DNA of 64,000 bases, taken from positions 1 to 64,000 of the forward strand of contig MCFE01000394.1 of NCBI GenBank assembly GCA_002104905.1, given 5' to 3'. Below the pieces are notes generated by a model. That model did not search any database and had not been told where the DNA came from. It was given only the letters and a program-made list of their open reading frames with translations. Source of the stretch: Basidiobolus meristosporus CBS 931.73 (Eukaryota; Fungi; Basidiobolomycota). Shown here piece after piece: positions 49,952 to 62,752 of the stretch (positions are counted from its first letter, which is position 1; the number at the start of each line of letters is the position of its first letter). The translations under genes and the position numbers were made by a program.

Positions 49952-51101
49952 AGACTTGTTCCGTTTGATAGTGGCACATTGAGCCATGAGTGCCAAATGA
50001 TGCCATAGTGTGCCAGAGAGGCCAAGTGAGCCTCTAACTGGCCACAGAGTGTGAAACATAGCTCTGCATCTTCATGCAAAGCAGCCCCTGTGTTTCACCC
50101 ATTGTGTTGAAGAAAATCCATTTTTTGACCTTTTTTTTGGATCAATGTTGTGCAGGATGTGTTAGAGCACAAGCAGATTGAAGATATGCATCTAGTACTC
50201 AATAGACTTGTTCCGTTGGATAGTGCCACATTGAGCCATGAGTGCCAAGTGATGCCATAGTGTGCCAGAGATGCCAATTGAGCCTCTACCTGGCCACAGA
50301 GTGTGAAACATAGCTCTGCATCTTCATGCAAAGCAGCCCCTGTGTTTTACCCAGTGTGTTGGAGAAAATCCATTTTTTGACCTTTTTTCTTGGATCAATG
50401 TTGTGCAGGATGTGTTAGAGCACAAGCAGATGGAAGATATGCATCTGGTACTCAATACCCATGGCACTCTGAATCTAGCTCCTGTAGCTTGTATCATGTC
50501 ACAAAAATGAATGGCACTATCTTGGTCCACTGGTACTATCTGGCACTATAAGTGCTTTGTATAGATCTTACTTTAGGTCTAATATTTAAATATAGTGCTA
50601 GATAGTACCAGTGGACCAAGATAGTGCCGTTTGTTTTTGTGACATGATACAAGCTACAGGAGCTAGACTCAGAGTGCCATGGGTATTGAGTACTAGATGC
50701 ATATCTTCAGTTCTCCTGTGCTCTTACACATCCTGAGCTACATTGATCCACAAAAAAAGGTCAAAAAATGGATTTTCTCCTGCGCAATGGGTGAAACACA
50801 GGGGCTACTTTACATGAAGATGCAGAGCTATGTTTCACACTTGGTGGCCAAGTATAGGCTCACTTGACCTCTCTGGCACACTATGGCATCATTTGGCACA
50901 CATGGCTCAATGTGGCACTATCCAACGGAACAAGTCTAATACCCATGGCACTCTGAATCTAGCTCCTGTAGCTTGTATCATGTCACAAAAATGAATGGCA
51001 CTATCTTGGTCCACTGGTACTATCTTGTACTATATTTAAATATTAGACCTAAAGTAAGATATATACAAAGCACTTATAGTGCCAGATAGTACCAGTGGAC
51101 C
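49952..51101. mobile_element. Fold-back MITE copy 3 (outer), interrupted by copy 4 and truncated after the spacer
   Basis: AAT|AGACTTGTTCC at 49952; the arm resumes at 50938 after the nested copy and joins the truncated gypsy LTR near 51102. Confidence 0.9.
50204..50937. mobile_element. 734-bp fold-back MITE copy 4, nested in copy 3, AAT target duplication
   Basis: GTACTC-AAT|AGACTTG ... CAAGTCT|AAT-ACCCATGG; the empty-site sequence GTACTCAATACCCATGG is seen in other arms. Confidence 0.95.
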
Positions 51102-54100
51102 AATCATCATAACCCAATAAGGTCCTACTTGATATACATATTTCTGTCTGACAGGTATCTGCTGATTCATTTGCTCACTAATGGTACTGGTTTGACTGAT
51201 AACACTGGTATAATGATAGGCTAAGCATATAACTAGTTGATTTGACTAAAAACTGATCTAACTTAAACATTCAAGTGGTAGATCATTACAGCCTCCCCTA
51301 CTAAGGTTGAGAGGGTTCTGCTTAATCCCATTTCCTGTGACACCAATATCCAGATAGTTCATTATTGTTGGCAAGTCTTGTAAGCTAGAGTCTGTCACTA
51401 TGAGCTAAATCTTGCCAGATGTTCCCTTGTTTATCATCTAGATGGTAAGTTGCAAATGGACATTGTCTCATGATCTTAAGGGGTCCTGTCCATTGTGGCT
51501 CCAGCTTCTTCCAAGAGTTATTTCTCAGCAATACAAAGCTCTCAAGTGCCAATGCTTCTGGTGATATAGTTTCATTAAATCTCTGCTTCATCTTTTTAGC
51601 ACTTTGTGATGCTTTGGCCTGTGTCTGTTGTTGTCTATGTTCCAGTTGCTGGTGTCCACTTGGCTGGCAGAACCCATTTTCTAAGGCATATGTAAGCTTT
51701 GGTTGTGTAACATCTCATGGAGTTCTTAGCTCACATCCATACACTAAGTAAAATGACAGTTGCTGGGTGGTGTTGTGTACTCTAACTCTGCATGCAAAAG
51801 TGCTTGGTCTATTTACTTATCCCATATACTAACAACTACATTAGTACACTTGGTGAATATTTTTCCAAATATGTCATTAAACCACTCAGTGACTCCATTC
51901 ATTCTAGGATGACATGCCATGATTTTCAGGTGTTTGATCTAAAACATTTTCAGTTACTCTTCCAATATCTTTACCATAGTGTTTACTCCTCAATTGGATA
52001 GAATCTCTAAAGGCCATCCAAACTTCATTAGGATCTCATGGCAGATGAGACTTTCAACTGCTTGTTCACTAGCTACAGGTACTGCTTTTCAAACTGTCTT
52101 ACAGGCTCCAAGTGAAAGAGTTTGGAAATTCTCTGTGGTTGGCCTTGGTTAATTTGGCAAATTGGACATGTTTTCACTAGCTTCTCAATGTCTTGTTTCA
52201 TTCTGAGCCACCATGCTCTGGCTTTCACAAGGCTACAGGTTCCTTCAAGTCCAGGATGTCTATATCCATTGAGTAGCCTATGTACTAAATCCAGGAAACC
52301 AATATAAGGGCAATAGACAATAGGCAATAGGGCTTCCATCAGCAATTTGGTAGAGTGCTCATCCTGTACCACAAATATGCTAGCTTCATCCCAGATTATC
52401 TTCTTGATCTCTTCATCCACCTTATTAGGAATATCTTAGGCTTCAAGTACTTTGGTAATAAGCTAGGCCAATCTGATATATGCACCAAGTTAAGTTGTGC
52501 AACTTGTTCTAATCTTTATAAGGTATCAGCAACCATGTTGCTTTTGCTAGAGCAGTAAGCAATCTCCAAGTCAAATTGCTGAATGTATTCACTCCTTCAA
52601 CTCATTCTTCTGGAGAGTACCTTCTGAGCAAATGCACACTTGAGTGAGGTATGATCAGTCCTCAGAGTGCACTTGACTCCTTTAATGTGGCATCCACAGG
52701 TCTTCAAGCAGTGTATTATGGCAAGGATCTCCTTTTCATGCACTGGATAGTACTGCTCTGCTGAGTTCAGCCTCTTGGACCTAAAAGCAACTGGATAGTC
52801 TGTTCCCTCTTGTTCTTAGCTGAGTATTCCACCAATTGCATAGTTTGAAGCATCTTTGCATAAAGTAAACTCTTTTCTGAAGCCTGGAGTTCTGAAGCTT
52901 GGCAACTTAGCAAGTTCATTCTTGAGCATCTGAAAGGCAGTCTCACAGGCTATGTCCTACTTCATAGTGTTGTCTTTCTTGAGAATATTAGTTAAAGGGG
53001 CTGCAATACTTCCAAAGAACTTGACAAATGTCCAATAAGAGGAAACCATTCCAAGAAATGAACAGAGTTTTGATATGCTATGGGGCTGCTTCAGATTCTT
53101 GATGGATTCAACCTTCTTGAGGTCTAAAGTCACTCCTATGCTAGCCACTAGGTGTCCCAGGTATTCAACATGTTCCTTCAGGAATTTACACTTTGCTAGC
53201 TTGCCCTAAAGCTTGCTCTCTCTTTGCTTTCTCAAGACCTTTTCAATATGTACCAAGTGTTCTTCTTCTGTCTTGCTGAATATCAATATGTCATCTAGGT
53301 AGAGTACAACAAACATGTCTAAGTATTCTTGGAAGACTCTTTGCATCAAGGTCATGAATGTTGCAGGGGCATTGGTGAGGCCAAAACCTATGATTAGGTA
53401 CTTGTAATGTCCATATCTGGTCCTGAATGTTGTCTTAGGGATGTCTTTGGGTTTCACCCTAATGTGATTGTATCCTGACATAAGGTCAATATTGCTTAAT
53501 AAGGTAGCTCCATTGAGTTGGTCCAAAAGCTCATCAATCCAAGGTATAGGGTACTTATTCTTCATGGTAACTGAGTTAAGAGCTCTGTAGTCAGTGTACG
53601 TCCTAAGTGTTGCATCCTTCTTTTTACAAAAAGTACTGGTGCTCCCCAAGGTGACTTGCTGGGTTTAGTATATCCTTGCTCCAATTGCTGATCTATTTGT
53701 CTTTTCATCTCTTCCAATTCCAACAGACTTATTCTGTAAGGTGTCCAACTCACTGGAGGGCTATCTCCTGCATGAAGGGCATGATCCTTGTCTCTGACCG
53801 GTGGTAGGCTTGCAAGTTCTTCTGGAAATACATCTGCATATTCCTTCAAAAGAGTCTGCACCTTCTGGGGTACTGAAGTAGCAAAATCCTCCTGTAATAC
53901 TGCCATGAGAAACATATGGGTACCTTTTCTAAGAGCTCTACATAAATGTGTCCTGCTAAGTTCACTTGTTTCACACATGCTGGAATTGACAAAGTTAAAA
54001 TCCAGTCTGGCAGGTAATAGCTCATAGGTCTTGTTGTCCTGGATCTGAGTAGCATGGGTTCTCTGGTTGATTGACCAATTACAACAAAATAGCCAGGTTT

Positions 54101-55646
54101 TCATGTACAAGGTCAAACTTGCAGTTCCTAAATATATAGGCCTGTAGGTCTTCTTCATAGTCATCAATGTTAACTGCTACTGGCTGAGTAATAGAGTTGA
54201 TTATGTGAGAGTTCCCACCACCTGTTGAGATTGAAGTTGATTTGGTGGGTTCCAAGTTGATTGCAGCTTTCAAAGCAAATTGCTCTGACATGTACTCATG
54301 TAATGCTCCTGAGTGAATTATGATCTTGGCAGGTACTCCATTGATTACTCCATTGAAGTATAATAGCTTTCCTGAGTTTGAGGTCATCTGGGATAGGTAT
54401 GCTTCTGTCATATTGAAGATGAGTTCTGAGTCTTTGTCAAGTTCATCCTTCATGTTACTATGCTTAAGGGCTTCAATATAGTTGAAGATTCTTAATGGCT
54501 GGTATCCATTTCTTCTCTGAGGGCAGTACTTTACAATATGTCCCTGCTGGTGGCAGTTAAAGCAAAGTCCTCTTTTCTTACATTCTTCTGAGGTAGGATT
54601 TTTCTGCATAGCATCTATTTCCATTGTCACTGCTTCTGATTGTCTTCTTATATAGTGATTGTAGCTTCTCTGATTAGTCACTGTAGGCTTTCCAACTTCA
54701 AACATAGCCAAGTCATAGTCAATGGCAATCTTGATAGCTTCTTTGATGGTCTGAAATCTTCAATAATTCACTTCCTTGCAAGTTCTTTCTTTCAACCCAT
54801 CAATAGAGTATTCCACATGATGCAGGGGCTCCATTCTTTCAGTTTGTCTAAGTAGACATCTATATTCATAGATGTACACCTGAACCATTCCTTTACTCCT
54901 GAGTGCCTATAACTTTCATCTTAGTAGTGTCTGCTGGTGTAGGGGTGCAAATCCATCCTTGATTTCTGATGCAAACTCATCCCAGGTACAGATAGTAGAG
55001 CATCCCATCATGGTGGCTGACATGATCTTGCTGTCATACCACTGTAAAGCTGCACCTACCAGGTAAGAGGCTGCATAGTGTGACTTGCTTTCTGGAGTAA
55101 TTCCCTTAGCATTGAAAGCTTCTTCAATCTGGAGGAGCCAAGCTCTCAGGTTTTCATTGACTCCACCATGGTACCGGTTGACCTTCACACTAAAGTTGCT
55201 CTTGACAGGGTTTTGCTAGCTTTGGGCCATGGTAGATTTTCAGACATCTTGAGGGAGGTTTCTGGTTGTTGCTGCTACCAATGTTACAAGTGTTAATATA
55301 AGAGTTGTAGAAGAATAGGAAGTTTATCTAGTGTTGTATTCAATAAAATTTGGACTGATCTTTATTGAGGTTCCAGAGGCCCCTTATATACATTTTGCCA
55401 GATCAATTCCTGAATAATTGTGTTTCCTAATGTAGGTTGTGGCTGATGACTCACTTGATTGCATCATCATCACCCAATATGATCCTACTTGATATATCTA
55501 TTTCTGTCTGATAAGGATCTGCTGATTCATTTGCTGACTAATGCCACTGATTTGATAGATAACACTAATACATTGATTGGCTAAGCATATAGCTAATTGA
55601 TTTGACTAAAAATGATCTAATTGAAACATTCAAGCTGCAGATCACA
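51102..55646 (-). mobile_element. Ty3/gypsy LTR retrotransposon copy 2, near full length but degenerate
   Basis: 5' LTR 55282-55646; PBS TGGTAGCAG; gag with CFNCHQQGHIVKYC; protease; RT (SPWGAP, FGLTNAPATF, LYLDDILIFS); RNase H; integrase HHCC region (HPG...TCPICQ); PPT AGGGGAGGC at 51291-51299; partial 3' LTR 51102-51290. Confidence 0.95.
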
Positions 55647-57180
55647 AAACAAGTCCCTATACCCTACAGCTTTATGCTATTGTTCATTCATTGGTTCCCA
55701 TATATCCTGGTCTTCAGCTGGCACTGCAAGGTCTAGCACCTCATCTGCCAGTATTTGCAATAAATCCATGCAATATTCAGGTGAGTTTTCCTGAGCACTG
55801 CTGTTGTAGAAGTACTGCAACTTCTTGGTGTACCTATCAATGTTCCAAAATTCCACAGAAGGCATTGTGATTGTCTCTTGAGTTCTTTACATTGTTGCTT
55901 TGTCTGTCAATGGGATCTCCACTCTGTCAACAATGGATGATGTGGAGGCTGTGGTGGACAAATTGCCTTTCTCTACAAACTCATCCACCTTGCTGGAGTG
56001 TAGCCTAACTGCCTGTGCTTTCAACTCTTGTGAAAAAGCTGTTTTCTTGTTTATAATTTTTCTTGGCTATGATGGGACTCAGTCTTCTCAAGGCATGTGG
56101 CATTAATTAGTAAGAACTGCAGTTTTCTTCTAGTGCTTCACCGTCTCAGGCTGGGTAGACATTTTCCTACTACCTTTTTCCTTTTACACTGCCCGGATCA
56201 CTCACTGCTACATTTTCTGAGTGCTTCATGTATTGAACCACATTTTCTTCTTGATAAATGCTGTTCTGATGCATCTGTTTTGGCCTGTTTGTCCCTTGCT
56301 GGCACTCTCCTGGCAACCTGAGGTTTTTTTCTGGTTGTTTTAAGCTCTCAGTTGTAATTGTGGTAAGCTGCTGCAAAAGCTGCCAGTTTTTAGTGCTGCC
56401 AGGTCCTTGACTCTTACTCTGACTGAGTAGTTCTTGAATAACACTACGCTTTTTCATTGATCAACTTTGTGCTGATGTATCTGTGTCTGCCTGCTTGTCC
56501 CTTTTTGGCACTCTTACAGCTACTCTTGAGATACTCTCTTAGCATACCAATGGTGACCCAAAACCATTTTCCTGCTTGAATCCAGGATTATACTCATTGT
56601 GCAGGTCATGTGCATTATGTTTGGCCCTAAGTTCCTGATGGTCCCATGGTATGCTGGACCTATGGTGATGGCATGCTAGACTTCTCATGGCCTCTTGAAT
56701 ATTAGCCCACTCTTCATCATTGCACTCAATGGCTTCACAGATCTTAAGTATCTTTTAATTTCTTGGCTTTGGTCCAAAACACCACAGTGCCACCCTCCCA
56801 TGCTGTGATAGGATTTCTGTGGGCTTTATCTTTGGGCACTGTTGTTGTGCTTCAAAACTGTGCAGCATTCTTCAGTTGCCTACTTGACTGAAAGCTTGAG
56901 GAGTCCACATTATTACCTTCAGTGGGCACACTGCCAACATGGCCTTTTTTGGATGTAGCCTTGCTTGTAGCACTAAATGCCAAAGCAAGCTATAGTCTAG
57001 CCAATCTTTTGCTGCTGTTAGCAGTGGGGCACAGTTGGGAATTAGATGACTTTGCTTTTCTTTTTGGCAGCATACATATGGAAGTGAGTCAAACCAAAAG
57101 GAAAATGGTGTTTCATATACATGTGTATGTTGTACCACAACTTTATTCATAATGCTTACTATGGCAGGTCATCATTGTGA
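55647..57180 (-). mobile_element. LINE-like element 5' part, ORF1 and endonuclease start
   Basis: MPSVEFWNIDRY...LADEVLDLAV; collinear with the other copies. Confidence 0.6.
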
Positions 57181-57299
57181 TAGAAGTGTGTCTATTGCAC
57201 CTGGTGTGCATTTTTGCAGTGGCTAGTAAGCAGGAGGCCATAGTATTTTTGGACTCATACTATATGTGGAACAACTAAGGTAGTAGTAGGTAAGCAAAT

Positions 57300-59400
57300 A
57301 AAGAGGGGTGATTCTACAATGGAAATATGAATGGCTCAGGGGGGCTAAAAAAATGAAAACCCACTTGGTAAATTGGTACAGTAGCATTATACCAAACTAG
57401 TTGTAGGCTGCTGTACTACTGTCAAAATACCATCAGTGGCTTGCAATGAGATTGTCAAACACTGTCAAGTTTCTTGCCATATAAGGCAACTGATTTACTG
57501 ACTAGTAAGGTCCACTTAAATAGATGTAGGGCACATTGAGACCACCATAATTCCATGCAACAATTGTCAAAAGACCACCAAACCCTGTCATGGTTTTAAC
57601 TTTATTTGGCAGCAAAATAAGCAAAAGCTATTGTGATCCAATCATAAGATCATATAGAGGGTCATTAGGCTTGTCCTGTTGGACAATACCTCATTGAGCC
57701 ATGAGTGCCACACAATGCCTTAGTATGCCAGGGAAACAAAGCGGACTTGTACTTGGCCACAGAGTATGAAATTTAGATCTTCATCTTCAGGCAAAGCAGC
57801 CTCTGTGATTTGCCCATTGTGCAGGAGAAAATCCATTTTTTGCCTTTTTTTCAGATCAATTTTGTGCATGATATGTAAGAGCACACAAGGACTGAAGACA
57901 TGCATCTTGTACTAAACACCAGTGACACTCTGAGTCTGGCTCTGGTGGCTTGTAACATGTCATAAAATGCATGGCACTATCTTGGACAACTGGCACTATC
58001 AGGCACTATATTTAATTATTAGACCTAAAGTAAAACCAATACAAAGCACTTATTGTGCCAGATAGTACCAGCGGACCAAGATAGTGCCATGCATTTTTGT
58101 GACGTGATACAAGCCTCAGGAGTTAGATATAGAATGCAATGGGTGTTTAGTACTAGTTGCATGTCTTCAGTCCCTCAGTCCTCTTACAGATCATGCACAA
58201 CACTCATCCCAAAACAATGGTCAAAAATGGATTTTCTCCTGCACAATGGGTGATACACTGGGGCTGCTTTGCATGAAGATTAGTAACTATTTTTCACACT
58301 CTGTGGCCAAGAATAGGTCCACTTGGCCTCACGGGCCACTAAGGCATCATTTGGCACTAATGGCTCAATGTGGCACTATCCAATGGAATAAGTCTATCAA
58401 TTCCAAGCTGCTGGTATTATCATGGTCTCTTGATGGGATCCTGATGGCTGATCTGGATTGGATCCTCCTTCTGGAACAAATTATTTTTCATACGGTACAT
58501 AGAGGACAGCCAGGAAGTGTGAGTAAATACTGAGTGCCAATAGGAAATTGGATACACACATGTCTTTGGTACCAAGAAGTTAAGCTACCGCAATGTGTTG
58601 GTTATCATTTAAGTCAGGCAAGACTGGGCTGAATGCAACAGGCAGCTAATCTTTATAAGGAAAACTTCATCAAGGTAGGCTGGGCTTCTACTGGATTGAA
58701 GCTAATTGCTAAACCACTCAATAAAGAATTCATATAAGTACAAACCAGATGACACCTATGATGAAAATAGGATACTACATGGCAAGTGAACATATTTGCC
58801 TAGTACCAGGAAGTATTTTGCAGATATTTAAGAGGTGTTCATTGCAAGAGTGCCACCACCAAGCATATACATGCAAGATATATATCCTACCAGCAATACA
58901 AGGTATATGCAAGATTTGCAAGTGTTAAACTGAGAAGCTGTAAAGTTGAGGCCATAGAAATGGGTCAGCTGCAGCAGGTGTGTGCACATGTAGAAGTTAG
59001 CAAGCACAAGGCCATAGTGTTCTTATTCAAAATATATGTGGCATACCTGTGGCAATTGTGTGTAAGCATATATATAGGGTGAAGCTACAGAGGAATGTAT
59101 GGATGGCCTATGAAGAGGTAGAAAAAGGTAATACAATTGTACAACTTGATACATTTGCATTATACAGGACAAGCTGAAGGCTGTGGTACAGCATGCTAAA
59201 ATGGCAAAAGTGTGTTGCAGCAAGGCCATCAAGTTTTTGCCGTATTATTCAATTGGATATACTTGTCTGTTAGGTCTGTCCAAACAGATGTGGACCACAT
59301 CAAAACCATCAATATGCCATGCAATTCTTGCCAAAGGAGCACCTAAATATTGTCAAGTTTGCTACTTTATTTATCTATGTAACATAGGGACAGCATATCC
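57300..59400 (+). mobile_element. Scrambled LINE-like ORF2 C-terminal fragments, interrupted by a MITE
   Basis: Inverted similarity to 21.4-22.3 kb and 34.3-34.6 kb. Confidence 0.5.
57667..58395. mobile_element. Older fold-back MITE, copy 5
   Basis: ATT|AGGCTTGTCC ... GGAATAAGTCT|ATC; same arm and spacer layout, more diverged. Confidence 0.9.
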
Positions 59401-59639
59401 AGGATGAAGATGATAGAGATGATGATATGGCTTGGTCATGTGTCACAGGTACTGGTATGGGCACTTGCCTAATATAGAAGTACTTACATCTAGTAATCAT
59501 ACATAGAGTGAAGGATAAATAATGCTGTAAATATGCATGTGAGTTAGTCAGCCAGCTTTTGGGGAGGTAATGATCAAACAAGACAAATGAGGTAAGCTAA
59601 GATAAAGGTAGTAGGAAATAAGCTAGTAGTAAATATGGG

Positions 59640-59995
59640 AATGAGCACATTGATTGGTGGGTGGCACTATGCCTGCAATGCAGAGCATTGCACTTATCAC
59701 ACATGTTGCAGACCCTGGTAGCCAGATTTACAGTGCTAAGGGTGTTGAGTACCAAATGCTTGTCTTCAAGTGATTTGTACACTGGCACCTTGTGCATAAT
59801 ATCAGACATAGAAATTAGACCAAAAAATGGATTTTACCAGCACTATGAGCAAAGCAAAGCAGTTACTTTGCATGTAATTATAAACTATGTTTCATAGTCT
59901 ATAGCTAGACTTTGGTTGGCCATGCTTCTCTGGCTTACTATAGCATGGATTGATGCCTGTGACTCATATAGCTCTATTCAACAGAACAGGTTTGT
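59640..59995. mobile_element. Highly decayed single arm of the fold-back MITE
   Basis: Residual GAGTACCA, CCAAAAAATGGATTTT and ACTATGTTTCA, ending TCAACAGAACAGG. Confidence 0.6.
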
Positions 59996-60639
59996 TGTAA
60001 AGTTACACCTACTGAAGCAAGCTGGTTGTCAGAATGAAGCTAAAGTTAAGCTTCATTGTGAAAGTGTTACTCTTGTTAAATAATTGGGCTTCTCATTTGG
60101 GCCCTCCTACAGGTACCAAGTAGCAGTAATGGTGCTTCTTTACAGCTTCAACTCTGGGTGCACTAATAGTGTAGTGGGTGAAGAGTCAAATAGAAATCTA
60201 TTTATGACTTTTGACACATGATGAACTAGTTATGTGCAACTTTTGTTTTGTCCAAAAGAATAGATATATCTTTCACACTACTGTGTTCTGAGCAATCAAC
60301 TGCTAAGTATGTAATGATCAGACACAAGGCAGGAGGGTAGAGCTAGGCAAGGCAGGACCAGCAAAAGAATTAGGTGTGGATTGACAAGGCAAGGTGGATT
60401 CCAAGGCAAGGCTGTTTATTCAAGACCTGTGCTTATCAGACTGAGGAATACATAAGGGGGGATAGCACTATGTATACTTTCTAATAATATGGATGCCAAG
60501 GGATATTGGCTAATACTGATGGGGCTCTGGGGTGAGGCACAGTGAGTTTGCCAAGATAGTAATATACTAAAGAATAGACTATAACATTAAATGAGGATAT
60601 GCCAAGAATAAGCAGATCATGTGACTAGTTCATGTGAGC

Positions 60640-62752
60640 TGCAGTCACCATTTATGGTATTGAGCTACATAGATTCCAAAGGGAAGCTTTGATAGATATT
60701 CACTTGTAAAAAATATTGCCATGAATTGGACTGATGTGCACCTGCAGGCTGGTGTTGCAAGGCTTGATAAAAAATCCAACAAGGTGGGCTGGTGCAATCT
60801 TGATGCAGTTGCCAGTGGTCTATATTCTTCCTCTTGAATTTCATCCTCTGAGTCTTTAAGGTATTCACTTACATAATGTCTTATATTGCCTTGATGAGTC
60901 CTATGTGCATTGCTCTTGGCAACCACTTAACCTTATTAATATGTTAAGCAGTACATTAGTCACTTGAGGCAAAGAGCTGTTCAACATCTCCTTGGATGGC
61001 AAAGTAGAGGCACAAACACAAGTATCTGGACCATACTGTGCAAATTGCATGCTAAATTGTTTTCATTTAGCCTCCTCACCAAGTCCTCTCACTGTCAGCT
61101 CATTCTTGACTTCAAAACTTGTCTTATTAACTATTTTCTTATATACACCTGCAGGCAACTTGATGTAGAGCTCATGCCACAACTTTCAGCTCATATTCTT
61201 CCATCCCTGTCAACTCTCTGAGGTATTGGAGTTCTGCTAGATTAATGAGTAGTGCCCTAATATTAGTATGAAGGCTTACCATAGAGACTTGGGCTATACT
61301 AAGATCATTTGTCATGATCTCAAGCAAATCCAACATTGACTTTTCTGGTCCAGACCACACTTGTAAGCTATGGAATGGATCCTATCTGGGTTGTACTAGC
61401 TATGAGTTGAAATTTGGAATAGGGACCATAGTGATAGATTACAATACTCATATAGAAGTATAATGCACAAGCCTGATTTTATGTGTGATATATATGACAA
61501 CCAACATGATTATTGGAATTTGCATGTATTATGCATGATTCATCACAGATTGCATTGGCATGGATGTGATTCCATCAGCTGCAGATTCCCTATTTGATTT
61601 TAGACTTGTGTGCAATTCATCAATAAAATCACCAAGTCATTATTTGAGGATAATTTTTGCAATATCATGATGGGATGCATGGCAATTGATGGAGATTTAA
61701 TCATAATACAATCAGAATGAGATAAATTAAGCAAATTGAGCCAAATCAATTCAACTTATTTGCACACATATACTTTTTAATATTGATATAACTTACTCAT
61801 CTTAGTAGTCTTTTCTTATCAATCCCATCCCTACTGCTGGATTTACTTTTGACATATTAGAGGAGATCCATACCAAGTACTGTGGGCCATTAAGCCCTAT
61901 TTACTCCAGGGGATTGCTTATGAGCTTCTCTGCTATGACAAGAACTATTGTCTTAAAAGGTTTCATCCCACCATCCATGGCAATAAAAGCCAAAGAAGTT
62001 TTCACTCCCATCTGAAAGCAATGAAGAACCACCTTGCAGAGTGTTTGAATGACTTGGAACAAGCTTAGAACTCTAGGTTCAGAAGCTCCAGTAGGCTTCC
62101 GTATCTCTGTGTGTACAGCAACAGGTCTCATATCAAGAGTATTTTGGATACCTTCACAGCAAAAATCAAAGACCTTCTAGAGGGCAGAGGTACCATTATT
62201 CTATCATAAATAAGGCACACTGTATGAGGTTTGATCCACTGTATGACATTGTGGGTAAAATCATCTGGCTTGGTGGGCCATTTGCAGGTAGTAGGCACAA
62301 CAAAACATTGTGGGATTACAATCATCCAGAGTTCAGTAATGAGAAGAAGTATATGGCACCCTTAGTTTATATTGGACAGGATTTTTGGAGATCAGGATAT
62401 ATTATGGCTAATAGGAAGCTAGGGAATGGTGACCTTAGTAGGAAGCAGAAGCTGTAAAATGAGATATTTAATCATTTTGAAGTGAAAATAGAACATGCAC
62501 TTAGATTTATAAGAAGATTCAGTATATTGGCAGGGAAGTAGAGAATAAAGACACATACAGGAGAAAACAGCAGAATAGGTAATATAGTCAGCATACTTAT
62601 TAATGCACAGTATATTCATACAAGGTGACATCCACTAAGAGAAATGTGTTTGGAGCATTATGATGAGTAAAAGAAGTAAGAAAAGTTATATTCTGGGAAT
62701 TATAAGTAAGATTGTGTAAAGTTACCAGTAATGGCTTCTTAACACTGGCATC
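60640..62752. mobile_element. Second PHIS element copy, inverted relative to 29.4-32.9 kb and truncated at both ends
   Basis: Transposase remnant on the plus strand at about 61.95-62.67 kb (SILDTF, KAHCMRF, GPFAGSRHN, LSRKQKL, HPLREMCLEHYDE); second-ORF region on the minus strand matches 30.75-31.65 kb. Confidence 0.85.
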
